Below are positions 37,900-50,978 of a DNA stretch of 64,000 nt, one piece after another; the first letter of the stretch is position 1, and each line of letters begins with the position of its first letter. The position numbers and the translations under genes are program-made. Under the pieces are notes generated by a model. That model worked only from the letters and a program-made list of their open reading frames with translations, ran no database searches and was not told where the DNA came from. Source of the stretch: Octopus sinensis (lineage: Eukaryota); assembly GCF_006345805.1 (NCBI RefSeq), contig NW_021836130.1:124001-188000 (forward strand), in the 5' to 3' direction.

Positions 37900-40210
37900 T
37901 CGTTTTTTGTTTTCTGAAAAACAATACAAGTATTATTTAGTTTTTATTATGTATCGTAGATCTAGTCAAATGATGTTCAGTGAAACTTTTGTAATTACAG
38001 AGGAATCATTAAAATTTTCATATCTGATTTCAGAATTTATAGCAAAACAACTAAAACCTCACTATTGGCGAAAACTTGATAATCCCTGCTTGTCGTATTA
38101 TTGCTCGGACTGTGTTTAGGCATAATATGAACAAATAATATTGAAGATATCTTTGTCAGATAACAGTTTCTTGTCGGATTTGTGGTTTGTCGGAGAATAT
38201 TGAAAATAGTGTCTCATTTTTTATTAAAGAAACTCACTTGACGAATCTGAGGATATTTCGGAAATGGCACATTTATTGGCATATATACGATTTGTTTATT
38301 TTGGGAAAATTACAGAACAATTCGTATTTTATAAGCCTCTTTTAACTACTACTCGAGCAATTGATATGTTCACAATATTAAACGATTATTTCAATATCAA
38401 TAATATTTCATTTGCCAATTGTATTGGTACATGTACAGATGGAGCCCCATATGTTTGGTCGTATTAATGGACTTGTTTCATCTGTTAAATTTAAAAATAA
38501 TGAGATGATTTTATCACATTGTTTTTTGCATCGAGAAATATTGACTGTAAAAACATTGCCTATGAATTTAAAATCTTTCTTGGATGATATTATCTAAATC
38601 AGTGGTTCTCAACGGTGGACGATTCTCCCCTTAGGGATGATCCGATTTATTTCACCATGGGGGCGATAATTGAAATAATGAATAAATATGATATTTTTGT
38701 TATAATTTATTTAAATTTCTAAGCGTGATTTCTAGTTATCTTTATGGGTCGTGCTCAAAAAAGTCAGAATGTATAAAGATGAATATATTTCTCTTGGCTT
38801 TATTAAAGATCCTCAAGATCCTAATAAACCACTTTGCCTTCAATGGGGTGCAATCTTTTTGAATTAAGCAAAGAAATCGTCTCGTTTGATTGAACATTTA
38901 AAGCGAAAATATCATAATTCAATTGGAAAAAAGGAAGACTTTTTTCTAGAATTAAAAAAGAATTTTGAAAATAAAAACACCTTACAGTCAATCTTTAATA
39001 AAAATATATCTCAAAATGTCTCTGGATTATCTTTTTCATATAAAGTTGCAGAGATAATTACAAAAACTGGTTTCATTATTATTTTAATTATAAGTACTGC
39101 TCATTCGATTGCAGAAAATGTTATCCGTCCTTGTTTAAATTTATTTATAAACGATATCTTACAAAACGATTCTTCAAATATTATGAAGACTATTCCATTA
39201 AGCAACGACACCCCACGAAAAAGAATTGATGAAATTTCTAATGAAATTGAACAATCCTTAATTTTACTTCTCAGGGAACGCAAGTTTTCAGTCCAATTTG
39301 ACGAATCAGTTATCGTTGATAACCAGTCAATTTTTATGGCATATGTAAGGTATTACTTTTTATAAATACTTTTTATACAGATATTTTGATGATGATTTTA
39401 TTCTGCAAGAAGAGTTAGAATCTTTAATCACGGATACCAAAGGATTGTCAATATTCAAAATGTTTCAATCTTATTCTTAAATAATATTCCATTGGAACAT
39501 ATTTTATCGTGCGCAACTGATGGCTATGGTTGGAAAATATCGTGGTTTTTTAGAAAATTTAATTTGAGTAATAGAAAATTTGGAAAATTCGATTTTTATG
39601 ACCACACTTTTGATGACAACGATTTGAAAATTTATGAATTTCATTTCGAATCTTTGGAACAAGATTTGAAAAAAGATTTGAAGATTTAATTAATTTAAAC
39701 TTTTCTGATTGGATGATTAATCCTTGGGTGCCCATTCATTATGATTCTGACGATGAATGTCAACAAGAGTTAATAGAACTAAAAAACGACCAAAAACTCA
39801 AAATAAAATTTAAAACGAAAACTAGAGTCAATTCTGGACAGAAAAATCTACAAAAATGAAATTCCCGAAATTATGAAAAAAATGATGCCAGTAATTTTAT
39901 TTTTTCCTACATCATACTGCGTAGAGCAAGGATTCAGCACTCTGAATAGTATGATCGGAAAAAAGAAACAAACTAAACATAGAAAAAAGAGAAGACATTA
40001 GAATTACACTTACGAAAAGAAGTATAAATTTTGAAAAACTTGTCAATTTCATCAACCGCGAGGATCTCATTAAAAATCTTATTTTTTTAATAAAAAAATA
40101 TTTCTAATATACAAAAATAAAGGTTGTGAACCACTGATCTAAATGACTAATAATATAAAAAGTCTCGCATTTACCTCTATTTGCGATGAAATGGGGGCAA
40201 ACTTTACAAA
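37900..40210 (+). mobile_element. Degenerate Buster/ZBED5-like hAT interrupted by a second hAT; copy 1 part at about 19720-20411
   Basis: IAKQLKPH, LDES, LLAYIRF, CTDGAP and HCFLHRE motifs; frame resumes after 40144 (ICDEMGA). Confidence 0.8.
38600..40136 (+). mobile_element. Buster-type hAT, 1537 bp, degenerate; truncated copy at 20412-21017
   Basis: TIR CAGTGGTTCTCAAC / GTTGTGAACCACTG; 8-bp TSD ATCTAAAT with central TA; PLSNDT, QFDES and FPTSYCVEQGFS motifs. Confidence 0.9.
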
Positions 40211-40712
40211 TTTGAATTTGTTGAAAAAATTCAGAATCCAAAATTGTCCATAAAACTCCATTCAAGTAAGAACGTTTTTAAAAGGTCAATTCCTCAGTTT
40301 TTGGGTTATTATTTTATTTGATTTTTCTGGGAAATAGGAGTCGTTTGTCGAAGACATGACTGCCTACGTCGTTGGAATAATCGGAATCATAAAGTCAGAA
40401 AAAAAGATGTTTTTGTTTTCATTAAATGCCAGAAAAATATTTTGAATTTAATTTTCTTAGTTCTAGTTCATAATTTGATTTTGCATGACTATATTACGGT
40501 CTATGAATATTTTAATCAATAATTAATTGCACCACATGACTTAAAATGTGTATCTTTCACCGGCGTGTCACGGCAGCATGCCACTTCTGCAACCTGGTAA
40601 GCAAAAGAGGTGTATTCTTTGGCAGATACTCTCACTCCATGTCTGTGTTCAACTACCATGCTTTCTAGAGTCCTTTTTAGAACAACAGACTGAAATATAT
40701 CAAACTATAGAG

Positions 40713-40846
40713 CAGGGGTGCGCAAGCTTTTTGGGTTTGCGGCCGCATAGCATTTTTTTCCTTCTCTTCCACGGCCGCACATTTTCTGCATTATTTTTTC
40801 GATATTAATATAGTAATTTTTTTTAGGCCGCACTTGCGCACCCCTG
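40713..40846. mobile_element. 134-bp Buster-type hAT MITE
   Basis: TIR CAGGGGTGCGCAAG; 8-bp TSD CTATAGAG. Confidence 0.92.
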
Positions 40847-40959
40847 CTATAGAGCAAAAAAGCACAACTTATTGTATTATCAGCATATAAACACTTCGGA
40901 GATTTGAAAGAGTTCTTTGTTCGCAAAGTAAACGAAAATTTAAATTAAATGAACTATAA

Positions 40960-41043
40960 TTAAATAGTTTGAACATGACCCCTGTTTGGGAGGGCACCCC
41001 CGCTTTCTTGGGCACTTTGGTGGCCCACCCCGGGGTTAGACTG
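40960..41043. mobile_element. Isolated pogo-like transposon end
   Basis: Ends GGGGTTAGACTG|TA, similar to the end at 63758. Confidence 0.45.
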
Positions 41044-42312
41044 TATTGTTGTTTCTTGTTCTGTACTGAAAAGAATTTGTTTTAAGGAGTTTTCCTCGAA
41101 ACAATACAATGAATCAACTGTATAGAATTCATCCGTTTCTTTATTCATTTTCAGATTACTTCAAGTTTTAATGAGCGCCGATAAAGTATTTATACTAGTT
41201 AATTAGGGATAGTTTATGTTTGCTGTTGTAATTTTTTTCAACATTTCCTCTTTCTTTCTATCTTGTAAACAATATTTTGTAAAATACAATTGTCTAGTAA
41301 TTAATGATTAATTTGTTATTTACGACTTGAATAATTCATTTTTTAAATAATGATTTTTTAAATCAAAGAAAGTGTCCAATACAGACGGTTGATTTGACTA
41401 AACAGTGGAAAAAATGTTAGTAAAATACAAATTTGGTTTTGAGAATATTTTTACTTTAAATAACTCATTTGACGAAAAATTAAAATCAGTGGAAATATTG
41501 CGAGAATATAATTTCTGTCGATAAACAAAAGAACTTCAAAATGGAAATAAATAGAGGTAAAAGGATTATGAAAGTAAACTTGCCTGACATTGCTGAAAAG
41601 CAAATTTTAAAATTAATTACTTATTCTCTAATTGTGAGGATCACTAGAGACACGTTGAGATTTTGATTTCTGTAGTTTTTGAATGAAGAAATGTTTAATG
41701 AAACGGAATTCGTTTCTTGTACTAGTAGATAACTGAAATACATGGTGATTTTCCAAACTTAAATATTTTGTATTGTTGTGTGTCTAGAAAATATAAATTT
41801 TATAGTGAAACGGAAAAGGGTCTGTAAATTTGTCTTAATGGACATAATTTATTTCATGCATTTAATTAGCAATCATTGCTCAACATATTATTCTGATTTA
41901 TTTTGAATCGAATGAGCCCTGGCAACGTTTATAGTCTCATTGTGAATAGCTAATCAAAAAGATTAGCTTGAATTCTTTACTGGATGATTTTGAATATTAT
42001 TATTAGTAATCTGGATAATTCGAATAGTAATGTTGTCTACCTGGCAAAAATATTATCATTATTCAAAATGATCGTCAGGGGTCTATACATCTTCTAAGCT
42101 CTCCTGATTTTTTATTTTCAAAATTCTGTCGTGGAAAAGTCTCTCACTTTGAAGTTTTACAGATTGGAGATATGCTCTCACGTAGTTTTCTATAAATTAC
42201 AATGTTTCTCAATTCAATTATTTTTTTAATTTTAAAGTTTTAACTGGATTCTTTTAAATTTGATTTTAGTAGAATATAACTTTTATTATAAAAATTAATA
42301 TATAGGCTTTAA

Positions 42313-43100
42313 ATGTTTGATTATTCACGTGGTGCATTTGAAAATTTACTCGAAACTTTGACTGAATCAGAAGATAGCATCCTAAAAATAAGCCAATGGG
42401 TGGTTTTAAATCACAAAAATAAACAGGAAATCGCACAAATATGGAACGAGCAATACAACAAAGGTTTAATTCCACCATCTCAACTTTTAGCCCATCCAAA
42501 TAAAAAATCAATCTTTTACATCTGTGTGACCGTTTACTGCAAAATGGCAAGAAACGAGGCCGAGATTTTTCCGAAACATTCCAAAAAGTCTCTGCAATGT
42601 TTTATTTCAAATGAGTGACTTTATTTTTATAATCGTAGTGAGGAGGTGTCTCAAACCCTCCAAGAATTGCTAACCACGTGGGGGAATACTGAAATGTTTC
42701 CCAATTCAGTCATTTCATCAATGAAGGCTGGATTGACTTCAAAAACTAAAAAGTCGAGGGTTTTTATTTTTTTCTTATCAAAGTTTGAACGAATGGTTGA
42801 ACTGATGGCCCAAGTTGAAGAATGGGAGGAATCTGGGATGTATCCACAGGCTGATATGTTGGAAAAAATCGAGACAATTCAGAGTCTTTTGGCCGGTGTT
42901 GTTGTTGAAGAGTGTCAGTTATTGAGTGATTTAAAAACCTGTTCTCAGGTGAGGTGGAAATCCGGTAGTTTAGGAACTGAAAGCATTCTTAAGTGTAAGT
43001 GCTATGAAAGAAAGGGAGTCGAGGAGTTTGAATCATTAAATAATTTTTACACTATTTTTGACTTTATGAGATAATTTTAATCAACAAATTGTAAAACGGC
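42313..43100 (+). CDS. CID/RPR-domain protein (RPRD1/2-like), multi-exon, 3' end uncertain
   Basis: LLETLTESEDSILKISQWVV..H..IAQIW, then after a 27-nt intron KINLLHLCDRLLQ; needs one extra A in the run near 42505. Confidence 0.65.
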
Positions 43101-44091
43101 TTAGTTTGTAGATGAAAAGTTTTGTTTATATGAAAAATAGTCTCAAATATTTATATTCTGAATTTCTGGGTATTCTACGAATTTTGAATAGGAAAGGTTT
43201 TGAAAATTTTTTTTTGATTTTAAATTTGTTGATTAGCTACAGACTAGGGATTATTTTAACAAAATAAGGATTGACTTGGTACGTTTTATTTTATTATTTG
43301 AATTACTACTCTTTCTGCTTTTAGAATGATCAAGTAAACTTTGATGAATATAAAATGACAGTTCTATTTTAAAGTATCTAATTAAGAATCCAGATTGGCA
43401 GTAATTTCTCTTCTACGAGATTGTCAGTTTGGCACGAACTTCTTTTCATTTTACATTTCTTCATCACAACCTACTGGATGTATGTCCTCGTTCTTTCTTC
43501 AATGGATAACTTCGTATGACTTTCACAAAAATTTGAGACAACTCCCGTGTCAAAATAATTGGAATAATCTTTATTTTGCTTCATAGAGGATCGACAGTTT
43601 GTTTGCCAGCAGATTGTATTTTTGAAATTTGAAATCTCAAATTTATGATTTCCGAACTGGCGAGTGTCGTAAGGTTGGAAAAAAACTTGAAACTGTTAAT
43701 ATTGAACGTGGTATACTCAAAGGTGATTAGTTGTAATTCGAATATTTTTATTGAATCCATCAAACAGGAACTCATAACAATTATGCCCCAATAGATTGAA
43801 TCAGAACTTTCTGAATGAAACCAGTAATATTCAAGGCCCAGAAACTGGTTTTCTTCGTAATCGAAAATTTATGCCATACGAATTCCAATATACTCAAACT
43901 CTATCCTCCATCTATCGATTTTTAAACACAACTTGAAGTTTATGCTTAACTTCTGATAAGATATTTATCCAGCATATAAATTAGTCAAAATTAGATCAAT
44001 GTGCAGTAAAACCTCTCAAATCAGCAGATTTTTGCCAGTACGTCAATCAAAACAAAACTAATACATTAAAAAGTATTTATTAAATAAATAA

Positions 44092-46571
44092 TCAAATTCC
44101 ATAAACTTTACGTATAAGACAAGTCAGGGACTGTTGATCGTACTTAAAATACTTAGTCGGCGTCGAAGAAAAGGAGAATCTGGCATAACTCATCACTTCC
44201 TGCTGATACTTCTTTACAACGAGTGCACAACACTTGGCACAAATATCCTTCCGCTGTTGAACGTCGGCCAAATACATATTTCCATGAGATCTGGCAATAT
44301 CCTCCAAATCCTTATTAAACACCTACCACAATAACATGCACTCAGTCACATTAAACATGTCTTTAATGGCCTTCCGTTCCCGCTCCCTCAACTATAAAAT
44401 AATACAATTTAAAAGACAACTTCTGATCCAGGTTTGTATACATCAATCTCAAATGGCTTGAACAAATGTTCCCATCTTTCATGTATAATAAACAATGTAC
44501 ATTTGTAAATATTCCCCCTCAAACTTGGCAATATTCTTGCTTATTCTACTCTTGGAGTCCTCCAATAGTCGAATTGTGATCTTATCCCTACAAAATCGCC
44601 AAACAAGACATACCTATCACTCGTCGGGGAAAATACCAGAAAGGACAGATTCCTCAGAATATATGTAAAATTGTTCATTAGAAACACATTTCTTATCCCC
44701 GAATCGCCATAAAGGGTCGCTTTCTGCAGGAGATTGGCCTCCAAAGGTGGGAGAAATCCCTTCACTGCCATTCAACCAACCCACCTACCAATAAAATCGA
44801 CAACATTAAGAGTGGCAGCAGACAAGGACACGTCCGAACCTATCAAATGAGTCAAGAAAACACATTTCTCTGAAAATGAGACTTCACTCCGCCTGAGATA
44901 GTATATTTTCAGACACTCCCCCACGCTCTGTTTATTCTCAAATATTATTTTTAGAAACGGCATTGTCTGAATGGACTTAATATATCAATACCTTGGCAGC
45001 CAACTCATGCACATTCCCGTCTGGGGGCATTGACGAGTTGTTTATTGGGTCAATCTGGCAATTTATATGACAGAATAAACCCTTATCAACTCCAGTTGTC
45101 GTTCCATGATTTTTCCTGCCATGTTCTGCAGATCGATGTATAGGAAAGTTATTTTGGACGAAAATGCCTCCAATGCTTTAAGATTCTGATTCTTTTGAAC
45201 ACAAGTCTTGAAGCCTGACTCAATTTCGTTTATATTCCTCAGACCACCCAAAAGGGAGGATAAGGCGGTTGAAATCCCCTCACATGTTGCCAATGTTATT
45301 ATCAAATTGTCCAATTTCTATATTTTATGTTTAGTTCTCCACCTTGGAGTCACTTTCGAGTGGTTCAAGTCGAGGAATAATTATCATTTTGAATATTTGA
45401 TTCACAAGCGACTTGCCAAACTGGGAAAAAGTGGCTTTAATAAGATCGAGCTCAGTCTCGGCCAGAATGGTCAAATTATACAAAGACTGAACCAGCAAAT
45501 CGACACTAAAACCATCCAAGTCCCCCACGTTTTTACGAATGGCAGCCTGCGAGGTGTTCAAAGGGGAAAATTTTGAAATATTCCTATCACATAAAGTCAC
45601 AACAAATACTTCAAATGTGAGAAATTACGATAACTGGGACTACACTATTGGAATAAATAAAAAGTACAACTGAAGCAGGAGTCTGGTGGGTTGTTTCTGG
45701 TCGACTAGTCGTCCGTAAACACTCAAATCTCGCCGTCACAAATAAATCCATAAAATAGTCCAATTTACTCTTCAAATTGACTTTAATCCAGTTATAAGAA
45801 TTTGCCAATTTATTTATTTTGTCGGCTGACCGTGAATAATATCCAGCCAAATTATTTCGCACTGAAAATCTAAGTCGGGAAATACCCATAAAATTGATTC
45901 CCGCGTCGTTTTGTGGAATTCCGTGGTAGTTCCGAGAGCGGGAAAATGATTGGGGAGTGTTTGTGACAGAATCAGCAGTTCTGGACATAAAAATGGACTG
46001 ATCGGGAGTAAAATTATCCTTAATAAAACAGATAATGTCATTTTCAAGCTTAGAAACAAGCGAATCGAATAAAATTGCCTTTTTTGGTGAGAAATAAAAT
46101 ACAGCGGTTTTAGTCTCGATGGATTCCGGACGATTGGAATGGAAAAAGTCCTTCGCCTTATTCACAGCATCCAAAACACTGATCATTTCAGAGAGATCAT
46201 TGCTGGATGACATTTTTGTTATTAAATATGCCTTATTTTGTCGACTCCGATCTTGTTTATATTTTGATGACCTGATAGTGGAGGATTATTGAATCGGTCT
46301 GTTTAAGGGCCTCCACGTAGGCTGAGATGTAGTGAGAGAAAGATATACCATGACAGTTCAGTTGAGAAAGGGAGGATTTGTCAAATATGCACGAGAATGA
46401 ATCTTCAATGCTCTTTAGTTGAGAGGAAAATGACTCTAATGTAGCTACATATGCGTTTGTCGAGCTGTCAATGTTAGCCAAAAAATCTTTCATCAAATTC
46501 AGTCTATCTGTATACTATAAATTAAATATAATTTGTGATTATTTAACATTTGGATGATCAAACTTATCCAT
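44092..46571 (-). CDS. EXOC7: Exocyst subunit Exo70, many micro-introns
   Basis: VFLMNNFTYILRNL, IKDMF..FNKDLEDI and FSSTPTKYFKY match the Exo70 C-terminal motifs; N-terminal LESFSSQLKSIE coil. Confidence 0.8.
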
Positions 46572-46828
46572 CCACACACCAACAGGAATTTTAAATTTGT
46601 AATTTTATATGAATTAGTATTATTTAATTTATGACAATTTTAGTTAACATTATTTTTAACTAATAGAATTTAAATTTTCAGAAAAAAGATTTAAAATATT
46701 CTATTTCAATATTCTATAGTGTAGAAATAATAACAGTTCAGAATTAAATTTAGTAATTTTACTATAATTTAATTATACTATAATTATATTATTTTTATAT
46801 TAATCAACGGTCAACCTAATATAATAAA

Positions 46829-47380
46829 ATGTCTACGTACAATATGATGTGTTACTGTGCGTTACTATGTTGAACCTAAGAAGTAAAAGAAATTTGTCAC
46901 TTAAAAATTCGAAAATTCGAAAAATTAGAAATAGAATGAATGCTAAATTGACTCTTGAACAATATATTGACACCGTCAAATTCCGTATTCAAACGCTAAA
47001 AGAAGAAAAAGCAAGACTGGAAGAATCTAATCGTGAATTATCATTAAAAAACGACTACTTAATTCAACAATTAAGTCTCAATGCCCTGCCAAAGTCTACA
47101 GAACTTACGTCTTCTCTGCAGCAGAAGAATACAGTGGCATTATTTCTTCTCCTTATTACTTTCCTTGCAGTGGAAAATGGGAAGAAATCTATATTTTTGA
47201 AGTCTTCGAATCGACCTAATTTGGTTATAAAATCGAGGATCTTTAATTCATTTAAGGAATTGGATCGAAGAAAAACTTTCATAGGCACTATGTTGACTAT
47301 GATTTTTTTGTCGCGATATTTTGTTGTGACATTATTAAAAAATTTAATTGGTTTTATAAATAAATGGCTTTATTCTTAAA
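46829..47380 (+). CDS. CREB3/OASIS-like bZIP with a downstream hydrophobic segment, 3' end uncertain
   Basis: RKIRNRMNA..YID, a leucine zipper to LIQQL, then TVALFLLLITFLAV; first intron 46849-46880; head-to-head with Exo70. Confidence 0.55.
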
Positions 47381-47989
47381 CATTTTTATTGTTTATGACT
47401 TTACTTTTATTTGGATTTAAGTGTTAGAACGAGTATAACCATGCTTTTACACACCAAATAATCTGACAAGTTATTTTTAAACCGGAGAACTTTTGAGAAA
47501 TTAGTTACTTGTCAAATGAGAACTGAGCTTTTTCAGTTTTTTAAAATTTTATAAAAATATTTGTTTGTATGTTTTAGGAGATTGATTCTGTAAATAATAA
47601 AACAATAACTGGCATTTACTGCATTCTAAGTATTCCTTCTACCGAAATATGCAATTTTTGCGAATATTTATTTTGAATTCTTCAAAAACACTTAAAGAAA
47701 ATATGAATAAAATTAATAGTAAAGCTCAATTTAATGAAGGTTCACTTCTTTACGACTGTCTAGTGAAAATTATTTCGATTTTTATAATCAAGAATGGAGT
47801 TATCTCAACATGCTACAGGAATTATTAATAGTAGATACATTATCTTCATAAAATTTAAAATCGTTGTGGTGTTGTGGCGTGTTTATCGTTTTTGACAATT
47901 ATCTAATGTGTCAATAGAGAGTATAAATATAATCTGGAACTTGGATCGATGTCAGATAGACATTTGACTTTTTCGATCAGAATTTATAT

Positions 47990-48480
47990 ATCACGTGCTT
48001 TCTCAGTCCGGAATTCCGAACGCAAATTTTGTGAAAACCTTAATCAACAAATAAAATATTATTTTGAAACTCAACAATAAAAGGATTGAAACTGTAAAAC
48101 TGGGAAGAGAAATCCGGCAAGAAGATTCACTCTATGGATCCGTTAAGTATGATCTTAAATATGAAGTTCCGGAAGGTGTGTCTAACCAAAGTCATCTGCT
48201 TGCGGTCTTATATTTGACAAACTATTTGTTGTTTATTGAAAACGTGAAAATAATTGGTGAGAATGAGAATATTGTTTTAAAAATGATGAAAGATTTTTTC
48301 GATGTTTTTGCTTCAAGAGGGACTCAGAAAAATCTCAGACCAACTTGCACTATGTGAAAGATACAAAATGTCTGTATGACTGCGTTGGGCAACTTTACCA
48401 GGGAGTTCTGGAGGATAGAAATATCAACGTCAAGAAAAACGAAGTAATGTGACCAATTGCTCGCAGCTACTGATCTGGCA
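47990..48480 (+). mobile_element. Degenerate RT remnant related to the element at 57046-59861
   Basis: LNNKRIETVKLGREIRQEDSL and NYLLFIENVK parallel ORF 58866-59861. Confidence 0.7.
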
Positions 48481-48599
48481 ATTCGCTGTATTCTAATCAA
48501 TTTACGAATAGATCTTAATCCTGAAAATAAATAACGATTTCAGAAATTTCTCATTTTCTAGGATCCTAGTTTTTAGGATCCTAGCGGGATAGTTATTCC

Positions 48600-50025
48600 T
48601 TCAGTTGTTTTTAGTCGGATCTCTTCTCCTTTGTTTTCCATATTACTTAGTCTGTTGAAAACCTTCCAAAAATGAGGGTTTTCTTATTCAGTTTTTAGCA
48701 TTGTCTCTTCATAGCAAGGTCTGAATGATTTTTGCGACATCATTTATCTCTGTTTTCACGGTACGAATCTTATCCCGAAGACGAATGCAATATATGGTGT
48801 CACTGCATCGTCTTAGCTTCTTTTCAAGGTTTCCCTTCCATTTTATAAGTTTTCCCAAAGATTCGTCAATCCGGGTTTTTCTGTTACTATTTGACATGAT
48901 GTATTTTCTGACCGAAGATTTTTGGAGAAAATCCAGTTTAGCTTCTCTGAGAATTTTATCGAGTTTTTCAATTTTTATATTTGAGGAGATGTTTTCTATT
49001 GGATACGGTATCAAATGCATTTTCATTGATATCTCGAAGTCAGACCAGATTGTCCGAGACGTATCATATCCGATGAAAAGATCTTCGCATATCGTAGATG
49101 ATGTTTGCATACATAAAGATTGAGGTAGGTGATCACTACCAATGTTTATCTAAATTCTTGGTATGCTGCATTGATGAACAAGATCAGCCGATACAAGAAA
49201 AACTTCAATACAATCCTCCCCATAACAAGAGAAATGGTTTGGTTCTTGTAAGGTCAAAACACTAAAGCCGCAGTTCTTCGATAATCTGAGGAGTATATGA
49301 CCGTCCGAATTTGTATTAGCACACCAGTACGATGTGTGTTTTGCGTTAAGGTCTGCTATTAGAATTCCTCCATCATTGTTTTGGAAAAATTCTTCAATAA
49401 GATTTGGTTAATTCTTTATTGCTTTGGAGTACATAGCTCCTACAGATATCCATCCAAGGAATGTTAGTAGTTTCAATGCAATTAGTTCGCAAAAATTTCT
49501 TCAACGATTTTCAAGTCCCTCACCATTAGATTGTCTTTATAATGTCAGGTCGCCATGGGATATCAATCGACTGAAAACCATGGATTTTGTGATGCTGCTT
49601 TCCCTTAAGCTTTGTTTTATTAACAACCAATATGTTTACCGATCTAACCAAGTAGCTTAGCTCTGTAGCCCGTTTCCGAATTGACCGGGGGTTGATAAGC
49701 GTAAAAACGCTCATCTCGTCAAGTTTTGGTGACTGTCCTCCATAAAGAGCGCCACCAGTTCCAGTAAATTTTTAAACGTTTTTTTAGTCGTCGTTTTCGA
49801 TTTAAGATGGAGATCCTCCAATTGATTCTTGGAGTATTTTTTATGATTTTCTCTGGGTGGCCCTCATGGAGATAAAGTCAGGTATTAATGCTGATCTTTT
49901 TTTCCTCTATTTCCCAACGAGATTTTCAACAAAATTTTTTCCAAATCAGCACAGGTAGCACATAATTTTCTTTTGTTGGGAGATTTGAGAATATTACGAG
50001 CCTGGTTATAAGCAGTCGAGGATTC
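48600..50025 (-). mobile_element. LINE remnant with an APE endonuclease, interrupted by the hAT at 50034
   Basis: INPRSI.., IADLNAKH and SDHLP APE motifs in broken frames. Confidence 0.65.
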
Positions 50026-50265
50026 ATCTAGAACAGGGGTCTCCAAACCCCGGCCCGCCATGTGATTTAATCCGGCCCGGCTGTTATAAATATCTTTTTT
50101 TGGCAATAAGAAAGGAAATAGATTTGTTTCTCATAAAGAAAAACTGAAAAGAACCACTTTTGTCAGACACAGAATGGCTTTGTAGATTGGCTTTTTTCGT
50201 GGACATTACAGGCCATATGAATGAATTAAATCTCAATTCGCAAGGTTAATTTATTATATTTTATA

Positions 50266-50978
50266 CCATTTCCTATACTAAATGGGATTAACGTCAAACA
50301 AAGTGGGATTAACGTCAAACAAAGTGGGATTAAGGTCAAACTATGTGGGATTAAGGTCAAACAAAGTGGGATTAACGTCAAACAAAGTGGGATTAAGGTC
50401 AAACTATGTGGGATTAAGGTCAAACAAAGTGGGATTAACGTCAAACAAAGTGGGATTAAGGTCAAACTATGTGGGATTAACGTCAAACTAAATGGGATTA
50501 AGGTCAAACTATGTGGGATTAACGTCAAACTAAGTGGATTACGTTTATTATAAATATTATATTTCGACGCAGCAAATAAAAATGCCACGTAAATCATTGG
50601 AAGAGAAAAATCAAATGCATAGAAATAAAATACATTTAATTTCAGCTGCAGAATCAGGTGGAGATTGGAAAAAAACAGCACTTGAACTCAATATCCCGAG
50701 AACAACGAGAACAATATAATTGGATGCATCTCAAATCTAGGACTCATTTACTGTAAAATCCGAAGGGGAGCTTTTAAAAAAGAGCAGATATGGTTAACAT
50801 AAAATTTTAAAAAAGAATTTTTGGTGTTAATCCCATTTAGTTTGACGTTAATCCCACATAGTTTGACCTTAATCCCACTTTGTTTGACGTTAATCCCACT
50901 TTGTTTGACCTTAATCCCACATAGTTTGACCTTAATCCCACTTTGTTTGACGTTAATCCCATTTAGTATAGGAAATGG
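50266..50978 (+). mobile_element. Foldback-type non-autonomous IS630/Tc1-like element with 21-bp tandem arrays in both arms
   Basis: Ends CCATTTCCTATACTAAATGGG flanked by TATA; about 12 and about 7 inverted units of GTGGGATTAA(C/G)GTCAAAC(A/T)A(A/T); internal MPRKS..GDWKKTALELNIPRTT HTH-like stub at 50582-50719. Confidence 0.85.

Larger units (their letters stand above)
21016..39208 (+). repeat. Tandem segmental duplication, copy 2 (18.2 kb, with four extra TE insertions)
   Basis: Starts gatagcagtttttac (as at 8672) and ends attccattaagcaacga (as at 21017). Confidence 0.95.

Noticed and set aside
50277-50967. 21-bp arrays as a CRISPR array or as repeat-protein ORFs (LTLIP / VGLRSNK)
   Set aside because: There are no unique spacers, and the arrays are inverted arms of a TA-flanked transposon; the ORFs arise because the unit length is a multiple of 3
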